A stretch of 64,000 bases of DNA from Spirochaetota bacterium (GTDB lineage Bacteria; Spirochaetota; Brachyspiria; Brachyspirales; JACRPF01). Of this stretch, positions 61,429 through 64,000 are shown in pieces (the stretch's first letter is position 1; each line of letters opens with the position of its first letter). The stretch spans positions 279 through 64,278 of the forward strand of contig JBBTBY010000043.1 of NCBI GenBank assembly GCA_038043445.1, given 5' to 3'. Under the pieces are notes generated by a model. That model had not been told where the DNA came from and made no database searches. It saw only the letters and a program-made list of their open reading frames with translations. The translations under genes and the position numbers were made by a program.

Positions 61429-64000
61429 ATGCGTTCGATCATTTGTTTCATTGTTCTTGCGGCGCTGGTACCGGGCGCTGAAGCACCGATCTTTTATTAC
61501 CCGTTCAACGAGGGCAACGGCGGCATACTTAATGACGCCTCCGGGAACGGTTTCAGCGCATCGGGCTCGGCGGCGTGGACCCGGCTTAAAACCGGCTCTG
61601 CGATTGTGTTTACCGGAGAAGGCGGGCAGGGGTTTTCGGTGAAACTCCCCCCTGAAAAACAGATCGGCAAAGACAGCTTCACGATATCCTGCTGGCTTAA
61701 TCCATCGACCGTGATCATCGATGCGAAGGAAAAGCGGCGGCAGCTTTTCGTGCTTGACAGTCATTACCCGGCGCATATCGTGACGATGGAACTTGTCAAC
61801 AATGACGGCACCGTCATGCTCATGCTCGGATATAAAAAAGAAGATGGAAAGTATTCATATACGCAGATCAACTCGAAGAAAAAGCTTTCATTGAATCATT
61901 GGACGCATGTCGCCGCTCTCTGCGATCGGGAACAGTATAAATTCAGGATCTATATCGACGGAGCGCTCGACAATGAATCGAACATCGATAAAACATTCGA
62001 CGGAAATTTCGTCGGCGATAAACCGCTCGTTATCGGCGCGTCATGGCAGCAGTATCAGGGCGCGGTGGATGAGCTTTCGTTCCATAAGCGGGTACTCTCC
62101 GCGGAGGAGGTCCGCGCATCATACGATACGAAAAAAAGCGATTATACGACCGATGCGGTCGTCATTACCGGAAGTGTAACACCCGCATCGCGCTACCATG
62201 TTTCTCCCGCGGGGGACGATGCATGGACCGGCGTGCCCGCACAGCCCAACGCGGCAAAGACCGACGGGCCGTTTCGGACGATAGAACGTGCGCGTGATGC
62301 GGTACGCACATTGAAAACAAAAAAGCTCTATCGCGAATCGGTTACCATAGATATTGCGCCGGGGGTATACGAACTTTCCGACACTATGACATTTACATCC
62401 CTTGACAGCGGCGAACCGGGGAAACCCGTCATCTACACGGCGAAGAAGGGAAGTGTCACCCGCATACTCGGCGGACGCGTGGTGCGTAATTTCGCACCGG
62501 TCAGCGGCGATGTGAAGGAGAAACTCGATGAGAAAGCGCGCGCCAAAGTGCTCGTCGCCGACATGAAGTCGCAGGGGATAACGAAATACGGCGCATTGAA
62601 GAACGGGCCGACATGGGCGCAGTCGGAAACCGGCATGGAGCTTTTTTTCGCCGATAAGCCAATGACGCTTGCACGATATCCCAACGAGGGCTTCATGCGC
62701 ATCGCCGATATCACGGTCAATGACGGGCATGCGATACACGGACAGAAGGGGAGCAAGGTCGGGCAGTTCACCGTCAAGGACGAGCGCATACTGAAGTGGG
62801 TCAATGAAGCGGGCGTGATGATGGAAGGATACTGGTTCTGGGACTGGGCCGATCAGCGCTTCATGGTATCGAACATCGATCCGGCAACGATGACCGTGAC
62901 GCTATCCAATGCGAATCACAGCTACGGCTTCCGCAAGAACCAATGGTTCTATGCGTACAATCTCCTCCCGGAGCTCGATTCCCCCGGTGAATGGTATGCC
63001 GACCGCGAGAACGGACTGCTGTACTTCTGGCCTCCTGCCGCGATCGACAGCGGTGTGCCGATGGTCTCGATACTCGATAATCTCATCTTTCTCGACGGCG
63101 CATCGAACATCGAGTTCCGCTACCTCACGCTCGAATGCGCGCAGGGCACCGCGATACGCGGACAGAAGATCTCCGACATTCGCGTTGCCGGCTGCACGAT
63201 ACGCAATGTCGGTTCATACGCGATGACCGGCGAAGGAAGCCGCATCACCGTCATCGGTTGCGATATCTATCAGACGGGCGACGGCGGTGTATCGCTTACC
63301 GGCGGCGATAGAAAGACGCTCACACCGGCGAGTAATCTCGTGGAGAATTGCCATATCCATCACTTCGCGCGCTGGGATACCGTGTATAAGGGAGGCATAC
63401 AGCTCTACGGCGCAGGCCTTACGGCGCGCAACAATCTCATCAACGATGCCCCGCACACGGCGATATTCTGGGGCGGCAATGACATCGTCATGGAATTGAA
63501 CGAGATACACAGCGTCGTGTACGAGAGCGGCGATGCGGGCGCTATCTATGCAGGGCGTGACTGGACAATGCGCGGCTGCATTGTACGCAATAATTATTTT
63601 CATCACATCTATGGATTCGAGGGACGCGGTGCCAACGGCATATACTTCGATGACCAGTATTCATCGGCCGTGAGCGAAGGGAATATCATCTACAAGGTGG
63701 CGCGCGGCATGCTCATGGGCGGCGGGCGCGATAACCGCGTCATCGGAAATATCTTCATCGACTGTCCGGTGGGCTTCAGCCTCGATGCGCGCGGGCTCGG
63801 CTGGGCATCCAGCGGCAAGGACGGGCTCATACAGAAACTGAAAGCCATGCCGTATGACAAGCCGCCGTGGAGCGAGCGATATCCCGAACTCGTGAACATA
63901 CTCGACGAAGACCCCATGGCGCCGAAGAACGATCTCTTTGAGCGCAATATCTCGTGGAAATGCGGTGCATGGGATAAGATCGAAGGCAAGGCGATGCCGG
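61429..64000 (+). CDS. secreted LamG + right-handed beta-helix protein (paralog 4), 3' end beyond window
   Basis: Absent from the ORF track because it runs off the edge. I translated it by hand and found no stop through 64000. It begins MRSIICFIVLAALVPGAEA after an AAGGAG RBS. Motifs are the LamG WTHVAALCD and VDELSFHKRVLSAEEV, then HVSPAGDDAWTG...DGPFRTIERARDAVRTLK, ELDSPGEWYADRENGLLYFWPP and NNLINDAPHTAIFWGGNDIVMELN. Confidence 0.8.
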   Translation, partial: MRSIICFIVLAALVPGAEAPIFYYPFNEGNGGILNDASGNGFSASGSAAWTRLKTGSAIVFTGEGGQGFSVKLPPEKQIGKDSFTISCWLNPSTVIIDAKEKRRQLFVLDSHYPAHIVTMELVNNDGTVMLMLGYKKEDGKYSYTQINSKKKLSLNHWTHVAALCDREQYKFRIYIDGALDNESNIDKTFDGNFVGDKPLVIGASWQQYQGAVDELSFHKRVLSAEEVRASYDTKKSDYTTDAVVITGSVTPASRYHVSPAGDDAWTGVPAQPNAAKTDGPFRTIERARDAVRTLKTKKLYRESVTIDIAPGVYELSDTMTFTSLDSGEPGKPVIYTAKKGSVTRILGGRVVRNFAPVSGDVKEKLDEKARAKVLVADMKSQGITKYGALKNGPTWAQSETGMELFFADKPMTLARYPNEGFMRIADITVNDGHAIHGQKGSKVGQFTVKDERILKWVNEAGVMMEGYWFWDWADQRFMVSNIDPATMTVTLSNANHSYGFRKNQWFYAYNLLPELDSPGEWYADRENGLLYFWPPAAIDSGVPMVSILDNLIFLDGASNIEFRYLTLECAQGTAIRGQKISDIRVAGCTIRNVGSYAMTGEGSRITVIGCDIYQTGDGGVSLTGGDRKTLTPASNLVENCHIHHFARWDTVYKGGIQLYGAGLTARNNLINDAPHTAIFWGGNDIVMELNEIHSVVYESGDAGAIYAGRDWTMRGCIVRNNYFHHIYGFEGRGANGIYFDDQYSSAVSEGNIIYKVARGMLMGGGRDNRVIGNIFIDCPVGFSLDARGLGWASSGKDGLIQKLKAMPYDKPPWSERYPELVNILDEDPMAPKNDLFERNISWKCGAWDKIEGKAMP

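Overview
This is a chromosomal window from a moderately GC-rich diderm bacterium; kdsC-lptC-lptA, cdsA, uppS, frr, pdxJ and galT are all present. I call 53 protein genes. Two are cut by the window edges, and those two plus a 31-aa ribosomal protein bTHX gene are missing from the ORF track. There is one tRNA-Arg(CCT). I see no rRNA, CRISPR, transposase or phage genes.

The content falls into three groups:
- Envelope and lipid genes: a radical SAM / O-antigen-ligase-like / B12-radical SAM / cdsA string, a GT4, uppS, a UPF0104 flippase-like protein, and kdsC-lptC-lptA.
- Housekeeping genes: pdxJ, frr, bTHX, gluQ, avtA, nspC, galT and a xerC/D-type recombinase.
- Glycan-utilisation loci: five AraC regulators, three URO-D/MtaA-like proteins, three PQQ-type beta-propellers, a GH29 fucosidase, GH-A clan hydrolases, esterases, and a tandem array of four giant LamG/beta-helix paralogs at the right end.

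Many longest-ORF entries in the track are misleading. Some are in-register antisense shadow ORFs of up to 774 aa, and others are N-terminal over-extensions (885, 1406 and 665 aa). I re-assigned starts using Shine-Dalgarno spacing, ATGA/GTGA/TAATG stop-start overlaps and near-consensus sigma70-type promoters.

The observations most worth follow-up are:
- a set of apparently leaderless mRNAs;
- a three-copy palindromic intergenic repeat family with an associated CGCGACAGTCTC box;
- tandem direct repeats abutting -35 boxes;
- URO-D/MtaA-like proteins with an H-x-C motif embedded in CAZyme loci;
- a gluQ / mini-membrane protein / LptB-like ATPase operon;
- the four-paralog LamG/beta-helix array.

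All functional calls rest on motif recognition from memory. No database search was run.
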